Assembly (NCBI GenBank): GCA_934086395.1
Contig: CAKOIE010000005.1
Span: 1 to 50,832 of the forward strand
DNA: 50,832 nt
Reading direction: 5' to 3'
Source of the DNA: an uncultured Bacilli bacterium
GTDB lineage: Bacteria > Bacillota_I > Bacilli_A > RF39 > UBA660
The translations under genes and the position numbers were made by a program. A model generated the notes under the pieces. It was not told the DNA's origin and did no database searches. It saw only the letters and a list, made by a program, of their open reading frames with translations. Of this stretch, positions 26,124-35,358 are shown piece after piece. The first letter of the stretch is position 1, and the number at the start of each line of letters is the position of its first letter.

Positions 26124-26993
26124 ATGAAAGATATTTATGTAATAACAGGAGGAGCATCAGGTATAGGTTTAGCAACTGCCAAAATGATGCCAAAAGAAAA
26201 TAGTTTAGTAATAATAAGTGGAAGAAATGAAGAAAAACTAATTAACGCTACTAAAGAAATAAAAGACTGTGGTATTAATGTAGAATATTATGTATGTGAT
26301 ACATCAAATCGTGAAAATGTTGAAAGACTAGCTCAATTTTCCAAAAGTAAAGGAAATGTAGTAGCAGTAGTTAACTCAGCAGGAATTTCAGGAACCGGTA
26401 ACACATCAGAAAAAATTCTAAAAATAAATGCTTTAGGAACAATTTATATTAATCAAGAGTTTTATAAAGTAATGAATGGAGGCTGTATTTGTGATGTTGC
26501 ATCATGTTCAGCATATCTAGTACCAAACATAATGATACCTAAAAAAAGTTATCATCTTGCACTTAATAATGAAGAATTATTTATTAAAAAAGTTGTCAAA
26601 AGATGTAATTTAGTTGGTAAAAACAATGCATCTCAAATGGCATATTGTCTATCTAAAAATTTTGTTATATGGTATGTTAAAAATTCAGCTTATAAATATG
26701 CTAAAGAAAAAAATATTCGTGTTGTTTCTGTATCTCCAGGTTTTGTTCACACTCCAATGACAGTAAAAGAAGCTAATGAACCAGGTACTCAGTTATGTTT
26801 ACATTATTCCGGATTTGACCGTGGTGCTAAGCCAGAGGAAATAGGTTACTTAATAAGTACAATCATCAATCCTCAAAATGGCTACTTAACTGGTACTGAT
26901 ATCTTAGTTGATGGGGGTACAACATCTGCTGGATTCGGCATGAAAGTAGTTAATAAACCAAATTCCAGACCAGAAATCAAAGAAAACTGGTAA
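26124..26993 (+). CDS. SDR-family oxidoreductase
   Basis: 289 aa with ITGGASGIGLATA (TGxxxGxG), NSAG, and a YxxxK-like YCLSK. Confidence 0.8.
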   Translation: MKDIYVITGGASGIGLATAKMMPKENSLVIISGRNEEKLINATKEIKDCGINVEYYVCDTSNRENVERLAQFSKSKGNVVAVVNSAGISGTGNTSEKILKINALGTIYINQEFYKVMNGGCICDVASCSAYLVPNIMIPKKSYHLALNNEELFIKKVVKRCNLVGKNNASQMAYCLSKNFVIWYVKNSAYKYAKEKNIRVVSVSPGFVHTPMTVKEANEPGTQLCLHYSGFDRGAKPEEIGYLISTIINPQNGYLTGTDILVDGGTTSAGFGMKVVNKPNSRPEIKENW

Positions 26994-27006
26994 AAAAATT
27001 GCTAAC

Positions 27007-27037
27007 AAAAATGATTAGTGCAAACTAACCATTTTTT
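27007..27037. terminator. Bidirectional terminator between convergent genes
   Basis: AAAAATGATTAG-tgcaaa-CTAACCATTTTT(T), a 12-bp stem with one mismatch, flanked by A and T runs. Confidence 0.55.
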
Positions 27038-28448
27038 ATTTGTCTCTATTTAAAATAGACATTTTATCTTCACTAACTAATAAATAATCTCCATAATCAG
27101 CGTCATATGCATCAACATATGATATATTATTTTCTCTATCATGTAATATTCTCAATTCAGAAGTAGTACTTAATAAATATTTTTTATAATTATTTTTAAT
27201 ACCATCAACAAAACTATTCTCATTTGATAAACTATTTTTATAAATAAAATTATATTTTAAGAACGGATTAGCACTATCAGTATAATCTACATAAGCAAGA
27301 ACATAATAATCTTTTTCTTCCATTATTATATAATCATATAACGATTCACATTCTATCTCTACACTATAATTAGTGTTTAAATTAGTAAATACTAGATTAT
27401 CTTTATCATTTTTACTTAATTTAAATGAATACTTTTCACTAGTACTATTTTCTGCATCTTCAAAATTTATAACATTTTCATAATTTATAAAATATTCATC
27501 ATAATTATCTTTAGTTATTGAATATTTCGTAATATTTATACTGTCAAATTTATAATCATCACCAAGTTTGTTTGTAAACAGTCCAGATACAATCGTAAAA
27601 ACCAAAAATAATATAATTCCCACAATTGCAAAAATAATAACAGAACTTTTTTTTGGCTCTTCATCAATATCTTTTATATAAGGTATTAAGTTTAATAATT
27701 CAGCAAAAAAAGATAAAATTGTAAATACTAAAGAAACAACTGACAAAGTAGTAAAAAGTTCGACTGTACTTTGAACAGGAGATATTTTGCTTAAATATAA
27801 TGAAAAGTCCCAAAATCCATGTAAGAAAATTACTGACCAAATATTTTTTGTCTTATAATATATTAAACCCAAAAATATTCCTGTTCCTGCCGCAGACAAC
27901 GCTTGAGAAATAGTTGTAGGAATATCTTGCCCAATTGTATAAATATTTCCTAAATGTATTAATCCAAATATAATACCAGAAATAATAATTGAATACCAAA
28001 CACCTTTTTTGCTATCGCCATATCTTTCTAAAAATTCATTTAAAAGCCATCCACGGCATAAAAATTCTTCAGCAACTCCTATAAGAAAACAGCCAATTAT
28101 TAGGTTCAATATAACAAAAGGATTAAATTTAAATGATGCCATTACACCAAACATTAGCACAAATATTACTGAGCCAATTATATAAAATAAACCATAAAAT
28201 AAACCTTTACTAAATTTTTCACGTGGTTGTGTAAAAACATAAGAATTTTTAAATAGTAACATTACAATTAATACTAATGCTGCTAAAACTGCTTCACTCA
28301 AAACCAAAGTTCCTTGTGGATAACTTGAAAATGCAGTAATTAATGTACCCGAACCATATCCCCAAATTCCTAATTCAGTAATACCCAAAAATACAATTAA
28401 CATAAATATTGTATAAAGTACCACATTAGGCTTTTTCTTTTTATTCAT
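27036..28448 (-). CDS. CPBP-family intramembrane glutamic endopeptidase (CAAX protease/Abi, PF02517) with a C-terminal extracytoplasmic extension of about 190 aa
   Basis: 470 aa with motifs GVAEEFLCRGW, FGLIHL and HGFWDF within a polytopic N-terminal half. Confidence 0.8.
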   Translation of the reverse strand: MNKKKKPNVVLYTIFMLIVFLGITELGIWGYGSGTLITAFSSYPQGTLVLSEAVLAALVLIVMLLFKNSYVFTQPREKFSKGLFYGLFYIIGSVIFVLMFGVMASFKFNPFVILNLIIGCFLIGVAEEFLCRGWLLNEFLERYGDSKKGVWYSIIISGIIFGLIHLGNIYTIGQDIPTTISQALSAAGTGIFLGLIYYKTKNIWSVIFLHGFWDFSLYLSKISPVQSTVELFTTLSVVSLVFTILSFFAELLNLIPYIKDIDEEPKKSSVIIFAIVGIILFLVFTIVSGLFTNKLGDDYKFDSINITKYSITKDNYDEYFINYENVINFEDAENSTSEKYSFKLSKNDKDNLVFTNLNTNYSVEIECESLYDYIIMEEKDYYVLAYVDYTDSANPFLKYNFIYKNSLSNENSFVDGIKNNYKKYLLSTTSELRILHDRENNISYVDAYDADYGDYLLVSEDKMSILNRDK

Positions 28449-28453
28449 TTTGA

Positions 28454-28840
28454 TTATTCTCCTTCACTATCCTTATATTGATCATCTCTTAAACTACTTG
28501 TTGGTATATTCTTAATTTCTACACCATTTAATTCACATGTAGTTGTCTCATTTTGAGTTCTTACACAATTATTTACAATTGAAATAGAATATGTTCCAAC
28601 TATTCCCAATAAACACATTAATATTAATATAAAATTAACTACAATACTAACTATAGAAATAATTTTTTCTTCTTTCTTAGTAACAAATCCCAATACAACA
28701 CCAGCGAGTGAAAAAATTAAAACAATAATTAAACCTATTAAAACTCCCTTTACAGAATCATCAAATATCAAAGAACAAAGAACATAAGACAAACATGGAA
28801 TAATTATAGACAAACTAGCTAAAATTTTTTTATTTTTCAC
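28454..28840 (-). CDS. Small membrane protein (three TM helices), unknown function
   Basis: 128 aa; hydrophobic helices followed by a short Cys-containing tail. It lies 5 nt upstream of the CPBP gene, with a GGAGG RBS. Confidence 0.55.
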   Translation of the reverse strand: MKNKKILASLSIIIPCLSYVLCSLIFDDSVKGVLIGLIIVLIFSLAGVVLGFVTKKEEKIISIVSIVVNFILILMCLLGIVGTYSISIVNNCVRTQNETTTCELNGVEIKNIPTSSLRDDQYKDSEGE

Positions 28841-29047
28841 AAAATTACCTCCTCTCTATTTTTTATCAAGATACATCATAATAATAGATTAATTTAACCA
28901 TAATAAAACTAACTACTCTCACTCTATCTTGCATCTTTACTATACACTTAATAATATATTAAGTCAATATTTTCTTTCGCTATACTAATAAAGACAATAA
29001 GTTTATCAAATTATAAAATAAAGTTGAATTTAGTCAGGTGATTACTA

Positions 29048-29323
29048 ATGAAATTAATTGATAATTTATCATTAAATCTTAAATATTATCGAAAAATTTA
29101 TAAACTATCTCAAGAAAAATTTGCTGAAATACTTGGTACAACTTTGTCCTATCTTAACCAAATAGAAAATAAAAAAGTTGATGTTAGATTATCTACAGTG
29201 GATAAATTTGCAAATAATATAAATAAATTTGATAATAAAATTAACATTAAATCAGAAGATTTAATTAAATACGATAAAAAACATATAACTAACTATACTA
29301 GAATAGATGAAAAAAAGAAATGA
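29048..29323 (+). CDS. Small XRE-family HTH protein
   Basis: 91 aa with LSQEKFAEILGTTLSYLNQIENKK. AGGTGA RBS. Confidence 0.7.
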   Translation: MKLIDNLSLNLKYYRKIYKLSQEKFAEILGTTLSYLNQIENKKVDVRLSTVDKFANNINKFDNKINIKSEDLIKYDKKHITNYTRIDEKKK

Positions 29324-29354
29324 GTTAATTATTCCAAATTATTCATTTCTTTTT
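29312..29354. terminator. Bidirectional hairpin between convergent genes
   Basis: AAAAAGAAATGA-N19-TCATTTCTTTTT, a perfect 12-bp inverted repeat whose arms overlap both stop codons. Confidence 0.45.
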
Positions 29355-30935
29355 ATTTTTCTTTTTACTTTTATTTTTAGAATTACTCTTCTTATTTTTT
29401 TTAACATTATTTTTGCTTGCCTTATATAAATCTAAATATAAACTAGTCTTATTAGCTAATATATTATTTTTTAAAGATTCAATCAAAATCTTTCTCTTAT
29501 CCACTTCACTTAACTTATCAAAAAATTTAGTTAATCCTTTGTATTTATAATTTAAATTATACCTAGTTAATAATTCATCTAAAGTTAATTCTTCAATCGA
29601 TTTCTTCTTCTTTAGTAACTTAACAATACTATTTTTATTTTTATATCCTAAATATATTAATCCTACTGGAATAATTAAATAAAGAATCACAAACATATTA
29701 ACTTTTTTAACACTTATATTAATAGTATAAACCGTATTAGATGTATCGAGAGCAGTAACAGTTATATAAATTACACTACCATTTTTTAAATTCTCATTTC
29801 CACTAATTACATATGAAGCCTTTTCATCATCAAGAACCGGACTAATATCTAAACTTTTATCATTTCTTTTAATTTCTAAATTATAATTTCTTACTTTTTT
29901 ACTAAACTTCAAATTGTAACCTTTTATATCAATAGATTTTAAATAACTATTATTTGAAAAAGATTCTATAGGCTTAATAATATTTAAAACATAAGTTTTT
30001 TCATTATTTTCCTTATCAGCAATTTTAATTAATACTATGTTATTACCTGGTTTAATATTAACCTTACCACCATTATATCCTTTAACAAATGAACAATCTT
30101 TATTCAAAATTTTAGGCGAAATATTTACATAATTTACTTTATTACCAACTTCGATATTATAGTCATTAACATCACTTTTAAAATCAAAAATAATCGTATT
30201 TCCTGCATCATTTTTAATAATTAAATCTTCTAGTGTTTTATCTATATTATTATCAACATATTTTTTATTAACAATATTTAAAATATATGCTCTACTAGCA
30301 CCACTTTCACTAGTAACAACTATTGGAACAACTACTCTTTCAAAATGTTTAGTTAAGGTTATCTTTCCAGTACCACTCACATTTGCAAAACTGTTATTAG
30401 CAACTGTCTCAATATTAATTTCACTTAAATCAGTTTCATAAGTATAATTAAATTTATTAATATCAAAATCTTCAATTTCTACATCATTAATTTTTATACT
30501 TTTTAAAAAATTATCATCACTAATAACTTTAACCTTCGTGCTAACTTCTTTTACATCTTTTAACTCCCCAGAATCATAAATACCATAGGAAATATTTGTA
30601 ACTTTTAAATTATATTCCCCAGACTTACTAGCTTTAAATAGTAAAATACCAAATTCTTGTAATCCATTTACTACATTTTGTGATATACTTTCATTATTTT
30701 TCACATTCCATAAATTAGAATAATTACTTCTTACATCAACTAAGGAAAGACCATCAAGTTCTGCTATATCATACTTAATATAATTATACTCATCATCAGA
30801 TTTAAAAGATAATCTACAAATAACTTGATCATTTACATTAATTTTATTTTTATCACAAGAAAGTAAAAAATTATTATCTGCAAACACAACATTTGGTAAT
30901 AATAAAAAAGTAAATAATAAAATAAATTTTTTCAT
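29343..30935 (-). CDS. Surface protein with signal peptide, cadherin-like beta-sandwich repeats, C-terminal TM anchor and lysine-rich tail
   Basis: 530 aa starting MKKFILLFTFLLLPNVVFA. Three units match the pattern L.SI.I....I.DF....FNY (FLKSIKINDVEIEDFDINKFNYTYE, LEDLIIKND...DVNDYNIEV, YLKSIDIKGYNLKFSKKVRNYNLEI). TM is FVILYLIIPVGLIYLGY and the tail ends KKNKKSNSKNKSKKKNKKK. Confidence 0.65.
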   Translation of the reverse strand: MKKFILLFTFLLLPNVVFADNNFLLSCDKNKINVNDQVICRLSFKSDDEYNYIKYDIAELDGLSLVDVRSNYSNLWNVKNNESISQNVVNGLQEFGILLFKASKSGEYNLKVTNISYGIYDSGELKDVKEVSTKVKVISDDNFLKSIKINDVEIEDFDINKFNYTYETDLSEINIETVANNSFANVSGTGKITLTKHFERVVVPIVVTSESGASRAYILNIVNKKYVDNNIDKTLEDLIIKNDAGNTIIFDFKSDVNDYNIEVGNKVNYVNISPKILNKDCSFVKGYNGGKVNIKPGNNIVLIKIADKENNEKTYVLNIIKPIESFSNNSYLKSIDIKGYNLKFSKKVRNYNLEIKRNDKSLDISPVLDDEKASYVISGNENLKNGSVIYITVTALDTSNTVYTINISVKKVNMFVILYLIIPVGLIYLGYKNKNSIVKLLKKKKSIEELTLDELLTRYNLNYKYKGLTKFFDKLSEVDKRKILIESLKNNILANKTSLYLDLYKASKNNVKKNKKSNSKNKSKKKNKKK

Positions 30936-30955
30936 TTCTACCCACCCATTAATAA

Positions 30956-31333
30956 TTATTTATAAGAAAACTCAAATCTAGTATCTTTATCATGACCAAC
31001 CAAAGTTAAATCACTATCACTAGATACATATACATCATATGACAAAGTTAAATTATCTATTAAATCTCTACCATTAATTTTATAAAAAAATGTTTTAGAA
31101 TTTAATTTAATATAATCTCTACTTATATCTTCTACTTTTAAATTTAATTGACACTTTTCATCATCAGTAGCAAACTTAATATCATCATTTATCATAACAC
31201 TATAAGATTCGCTATAATTGTTACATTTGATATGTAACTTATAAGTATCATCCACGGGCTTAATATAATTATATATTAAAAAAACTCCTAGAAAACATAA
31301 TAGAACTATAACAATTTTTATAACTTTTTTCAT
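30956..31333 (-). CDS. Small N-terminally anchored protein, unknown function
   Basis: 125 aa starting MKKVIKIVIVLLCFLGVFLIY. It lies 20 nt upstream of the cadherin-like gene. Confidence 0.5.
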   Translation of the reverse strand: MKKVIKIVIVLLCFLGVFLIYNYIKPVDDTYKLHIKCNNYSESYSVMINDDIKFATDDEKCQLNLKVEDISRDYIKLNSKTFFYKINGRDLIDNLTLSYDVYVSSDSDLTLVGHDKDTRFEFSYK

Positions 31334-31394
31334 ATTAATTAGTTCCCTTCTTCATCCCCTATAGTATATCATGTAACTTACCTTTAGTAAATTA

Positions 31395-31423
31395 GAAAAA
31401 GAACTCTAAAAATTTAAAGTTCT
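31395..31423 (-). terminator. Intrinsic terminator after the holin-like gene
   Basis: On the minus strand, AGAACT-N12-AGTTCT is followed by TTTTTCT. Confidence 0.45.
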
Positions 31424-31453
31424 CCCAAATAAATAATTTTAAATTTTAATAAT

Positions 31454-31714
31454 TTAACTTATTTCACCATCATTATTTCTTTTAATAGAATCATATAAAC
31501 CACCTGCTGACAAAGCTGAAATTAAACATATAACCAAAGCACTCCATATATTTGTATCTAACTTTAAAAAATATACTAATATCCCTGATAAAACTCCAAT
31601 AACAATATTTTGAAATGGAATATATTTACTATCTAATCCTAAATATTTACTAATATAACCAATAATTAAAGTCATAAGTGAAATAATACTAGGAATTGTT
31701 ATCTCCATTTGCAT
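31454..31714 (-). CDS. Phage-type holin-like membrane protein (Listeria phage A118 Hol118-like pattern)
   Basis: Start set to ATG 31714 (MQMEITIPS). SKYIPFQNIVIGVLSGILVYFL...IWSALVICLISALSAGGLYDSIKR parallels Hol118 (SKWLPTVSILIGAILGALATFL...IWAGALAGAGGTGLFEQ). Confidence 0.55.
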   Translation of the reverse strand: MQMEITIPSIISLMTLIIGYISKYLGLDSKYIPFQNIVIGVLSGILVYFLKLDTNIWSALVICLISALSAGGLYDSIKRNNDGEIS

Positions 31715-31916
31715 CACCACTTTTCCAGTTATGTTCCAAATACATAATTCTTTTTTCATGATTTTTAGTTGTAATAAGAACTTCTTCCATTGAATTAGTT
31801 AGTCCCACAATCGTTACATTTAATCTAGTTAAATTATTATTAAGTTTAATTATAGGTGTTATTATTGATATTAATGATACAATTAATCCAACAATAATAA
31901 TTATTGTACTATCCAC
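31689..31916 (-). CDS. Small N-terminally anchored coiled-coil protein overlapping the holin-like gene
   Basis: 75 aa. GTG start with a GGGTGATGG RBS. TM is IIIIVGLIVSLISIITPII, then LTRLNVTIVGLTNSMEEVLITTKNHEKRIMYLEHNW. The 26-nt overlap with the next gene resembles phage lysis-cassette organisation. Confidence 0.45.
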   Translation of the reverse strand: MDSTIIIIVGLIVSLISIITPIIKLNNNLTRLNVTIVGLTNSMEEVLITTKNHEKRIMYLEHNWKSGDANGDNNS

Positions 31917-32022
31917 ATTCCATCACCCATATTATTTTATGTTACATAACGACTTAACGAATTGGCATATATCACTTTTATTTTAAAAAAAATTATGTTA
32001 ATATTTATACTAGGTGAAAGCC

Positions 32023-33885
32023 ATGAGTAAAAAGAAAAACATTAAAAATCTATTTAAAAAATTAAAAAAAACAAATAAGATTTATCGTATATCTTTCTAT
32101 ATACTATTTATTTTATACTTAGTATCAATATTTTTATTTTCTTATAGTATAATTTTATTAGGAAATATTGAAACCTTATTTAGAACTATTTTAATAATAT
32201 TATTATATTTAAACTTAATTATATTTCTATTTATTGGACTAGTTTTATTAATCTTAAAAAAGCATGTGATTTTAACCATTTTATTAGTCATTACAACAAT
32301 CTTTACTGGTGTAAATTCATTTGGTTATTATTATATAAATAAAACCTATAAAATAGTAGATAATATAAGTAAAGACAAAATAATATATACAACAAATTTA
32401 ATTAGCTTAAATAAAGATATTGAAATAAAAACTATTGGTTTAATAAATAATGAAGAAGATATTGAAGGTTATATTTTACCTCAAGAATATATGGCTAATA
32501 AAGGTATGAAAGCCAAAATAACAGAATATGATTCTTATGAAAAATTACTTGATGCGCTATATAATAAAGAAGTTGATGCTATATTTATCGATGGAAATTA
32601 TGTTTTAAAATATAATAATATTGATAAATTTGCAAATATTGCTAATGAGACATTTATAATAGATAGTTATAGCAAACAAATGAAAAACCAAGATACAGTA
32701 GCATCAACAAATAAATCAGTTACTGAACCATTTACAGTTTTACTACTAGGTGTTGATTCTGAATATGATGGTTTATCCAATAATGCTGCTTTTAATGGTG
32801 ATTCTATAATGTTATTAACATTCAATCCTAAAACATTATCAGCAACTATTTTCTCTATTCCAAGAGACACATATGTACCAATTGCTTGTAATAATAACAA
32901 GAGCAATAAAATAAATTCAGCAGCTGCTTATGGAACTAAATGTATGATAGATACAATTCAAAATTTAATTGATATTAATATTGACTATTATGTAAAAATT
33001 AACTTTAAAGGTGTAGTTTCTTTAGTTGATGCCCTTGGAGGTATTCCTTTAGATATAGATAAACCTGATTTTAGAAAAAATGGCTATATAGATTGTGGTG
33101 ATAAAATTTGTGAACAAGACTCAAATCGTAGCTTTGGTAAAAATTTAGTATATATAACGCCAGGCCCTAATCAAACACTTAATGGAGAACAAGCCCTTGC
33201 TTACTCAAGAAACAGACATCAATTTGCATCATCTGATTTTAAAAGAATTGAACATCAACAAGCAGTTGTTACCGCAATTGCTAATAAAACTAAAACAATT
33301 AGATCAATTGATACATTCTATAAATTATTAAACGCAGTATCAAATAATATAGATACAAACATGGATACTAAAGAAATATTAAACTTTTATAATGTAGGGA
33401 AAAATATCTTACTTAATAGTAATTTTGATGATAATAATTTTATAAATATTCAAAAAACATATCTAAATGGTTATGATTTAACAGTTTACCAAAATGGTTA
33501 TGATATGTACACTTTCCAATATTATGAAGATAGTTTAAAAGAAATCATAAAAGCAATGAAAGAAAATCTAGAATTACAAGAAACTGAATTAATTAAAACA
33601 TTTTCATTCTCAGCAAATAAAGAATTTACAATTCCAGTTATAGGTAAGAATGTAACTTCAGGAACAAGAAATGAAACCTTACCAAACTTTATTGGCTCAT
33701 CTATAGAATACGTTAAAGGATGGGCAAGTTCTAGAAATATTACCATAACAGAAGAAGAATATACATCAAACAGTTGTGAAAATAACAAAATAACAAGTCA
33801 AGATATTCGAAGTGGAACTCTTACAAATAACATTAATACCTTAAAAGTTACAGTATGTAAAAATATTGCTGAAACAGAAGAATAG
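32023..33885 (+). CDS. LCP (LytR-CpsA-Psr) family protein with N-terminal TM region and C-terminal PASTA-like module
   Basis: Start set to ATG 32023 with an AGGTGA RBS. LCP core: FTVLLLGVDS...DSIMLLTFNPKTLSATIFSIPRDTYV...GEQALAYSRNRH. C-terminus: LPNFIGSSIEYVKGWASSRNITIT...ITSQDIRSGT...LKVTV. Confidence 0.8.
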   Translation: MSKKKNIKNLFKKLKKTNKIYRISFYILFILYLVSIFLFSYSIILLGNIETLFRTILIILLYLNLIIFLFIGLVLLILKKHVILTILLVITTIFTGVNSFGYYYINKTYKIVDNISKDKIIYTTNLISLNKDIEIKTIGLINNEEDIEGYILPQEYMANKGMKAKITEYDSYEKLLDALYNKEVDAIFIDGNYVLKYNNIDKFANIANETFIIDSYSKQMKNQDTVASTNKSVTEPFTVLLLGVDSEYDGLSNNAAFNGDSIMLLTFNPKTLSATIFSIPRDTYVPIACNNNKSNKINSAAAYGTKCMIDTIQNLIDINIDYYVKINFKGVVSLVDALGGIPLDIDKPDFRKNGYIDCGDKICEQDSNRSFGKNLVYITPGPNQTLNGEQALAYSRNRHQFASSDFKRIEHQQAVVTAIANKTKTIRSIDTFYKLLNAVSNNIDTNMDTKEILNFYNVGKNILLNSNFDDNNFINIQKTYLNGYDLTVYQNGYDMYTFQYYEDSLKEIIKAMKENLELQETELIKTFSFSANKEFTIPVIGKNVTSGTRNETLPNFIGSSIEYVKGWASSRNITITEEEYTSNSCENNKITSQDIRSGTLTNNINTLKVTVCKNIAETEE

Positions 33886-33886
33886 A

Positions 33887-33932
33887 AAAAAGATTATATC
33901 CTAATATTAATTATTAGAAATATAATCTTTTT
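33887..33932. terminator. Bidirectional terminator between convergent genes
   Basis: AAAAAGATTATAT-N20-ATATAATCTTTTT, a perfect 13-bp stem. The inner CTAATA/TATTAG pairing extends the hairpin. Confidence 0.7.
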
Positions 33933-33935
33933 ATT

Positions 33936-35162
33936 TTATATTGGAATACTTAATTTTTGTCCTATACTAAGTATATTACTAGTTAAATTATTTAAAGATT
34001 TAATCTCATTAACACTTACATTATAACGTTTAGCAATACTATAAAGATTATCTCCACTCTTAACTGTATAAATAGTTGTGTTAACATTTTCACCACTACT
34101 ATTACCTGGAATTACTAATTGTTCACCAATACTTAAACTATTATTACTCTTATTATTAATTTTCTTCAAATCATTTACACTAACATTAAATTTATTAGCT
34201 ATACTCCATAAAGTATCTCCCTGTTTTACAATGTAAACATTATTTGGAACATTAGAACCACTACTAACTATTAATTTCTGTCCAATGGATAAAATATTAC
34301 TAGTTAAGTTATTTAAAGATTTTAATTCATCAACCGTCATATTATTATTTCTAGCAATTGAATACAAACTATCTCCTTTTTTTACAATATAATATTTATT
34401 ATTATCACCACTAGAACTATTATCACTACTTCCACTACTATCTTTAACAATTAATGAATCACCTATAGTTAAATTGTTACTAGTTAAGTTATTTAATGAT
34501 TTTAGCGTATCAACTGTAAGTCCATAAGCTTTTGCAATACTCCACAAAGTATCTCCTTTTTTAACAATATAATAATCACTACCAGCAAGAGGAACATATT
34601 TATAACCAGCATACTCAGTTACCGCTTTTACAACCGCCTCAGCATATTTTTTATAATTATTTTTAAGTTTATTAGCATCACTCACATTATCTAAAAATCC
34701 ATATTCAACAATTAAAGCTTCCGTATTAGGCGTATTCCTTAACATATAATAATAATCTTTATTATAATCACTAGGTAATCTTCTTTGATAATATTTTCTA
34801 ATTAGTTGTCCTTGTTTTTCTAACTCATCTAATATTTTTTTAGAAAGTATATCTTTATTTCTTAATGCATAAATTACTTCAGCCCCTTCTGCCGTCCCAT
34901 TACCACCAGAATTAATATGATTAGAAACAACTATTACATCACTTCCATTACCATATTGATCAAGAACTCTTTGTGGTCTTTCCGAAGCCGGTAAATCAAC
35001 ATCCCTATTTCTCGTTAACTTAACTGGAACTCCAAGTCCTTTTAATCTATCATACATATATTTACTAATATCTAAAGTTAAATTTTTTTCAATAATCCCA
35101 TTCCCAATAGCCCCAGAATCACTTCCACCATGACCAGCATCAATTACCACCTTTTTAGCCAT
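33936..35162 (-). CDS. N-acetylmuramoyl-L-alanine amidase (Amidase_3) with four C-terminal LysM domains
   Basis: 408 aa with KVVIDAGHGGSDSGA and HINSGG (Amidase_3), then four units of Y.VK.GD.L.SIA....V....K.LNNL.SN.L.IGQ.L. Confidence 0.9.
   Translation of the reverse strand: MAKKVVIDAGHGGSDSGAIGNGIIEKNLTLDISKYMYDRLKGLGVPVKLTRNRDVDLPASERPQRVLDQYGNGSDVIVVSNHINSGGNGTAEGAEVIYALRNKDILSKKILDELEKQGQLIRKYYQRRLPSDYNKDYYYMLRNTPNTEALIVEYGFLDNVSDANKLKNNYKKYAEAVVKAVTEYAGYKYVPLAGSDYYIVKKGDTLWSIAKAYGLTVDTLKSLNNLTSNNLTIGDSLIVKDSSGSSDNSSSGDNNKYYIVKKGDSLYSIARNNNMTVDELKSLNNLTSNILSIGQKLIVSSGSNVPNNVYIVKQGDTLWSIANKFNVSVNDLKKINNKSNNSLSIGEQLVIPGNSSGENVNTTIYTVKSGDNLYSIAKRYNVSVNEIKSLNNLTSNILSIGQKLSIPI
33939..34574 (-). 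repeat. Four intragenic LysM-encoding repeat units
   Basis: The protein repeats are listed for the amidase CDS. The DNA also shares long near-identical stretches (for example ATATTACTAGTTAA[A/G]TTATTTAAAGATTT). Confidence 0.85.
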
Positions 35163-35358
35163 TTATCATCACACCCTATATTAATTTATGCATAATTAAC
35201 AAAAATGCCTATAAAAAAAACTAACCATTACGAATTACAAATTATATATAATTTCTAAACAAATTTTCTTCATAATCCACTTTATTATTTAATAAATAAT
35301 AAATGTTAAATTATCATTACTATGTACCATCTAATGATAGAGATATATTAATAATATA

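Noticed and set aside
31454-35162. Calling the region a prophage on the basis of the holin-like genes plus the amidase.
   Set aside because: No integrase, terminase, portal, capsid or tail genes are present. The amidase has a housekeeping-type Amidase_3 plus four-LysM architecture and is separated from the holin-like genes by an oppositely oriented LCP gene.
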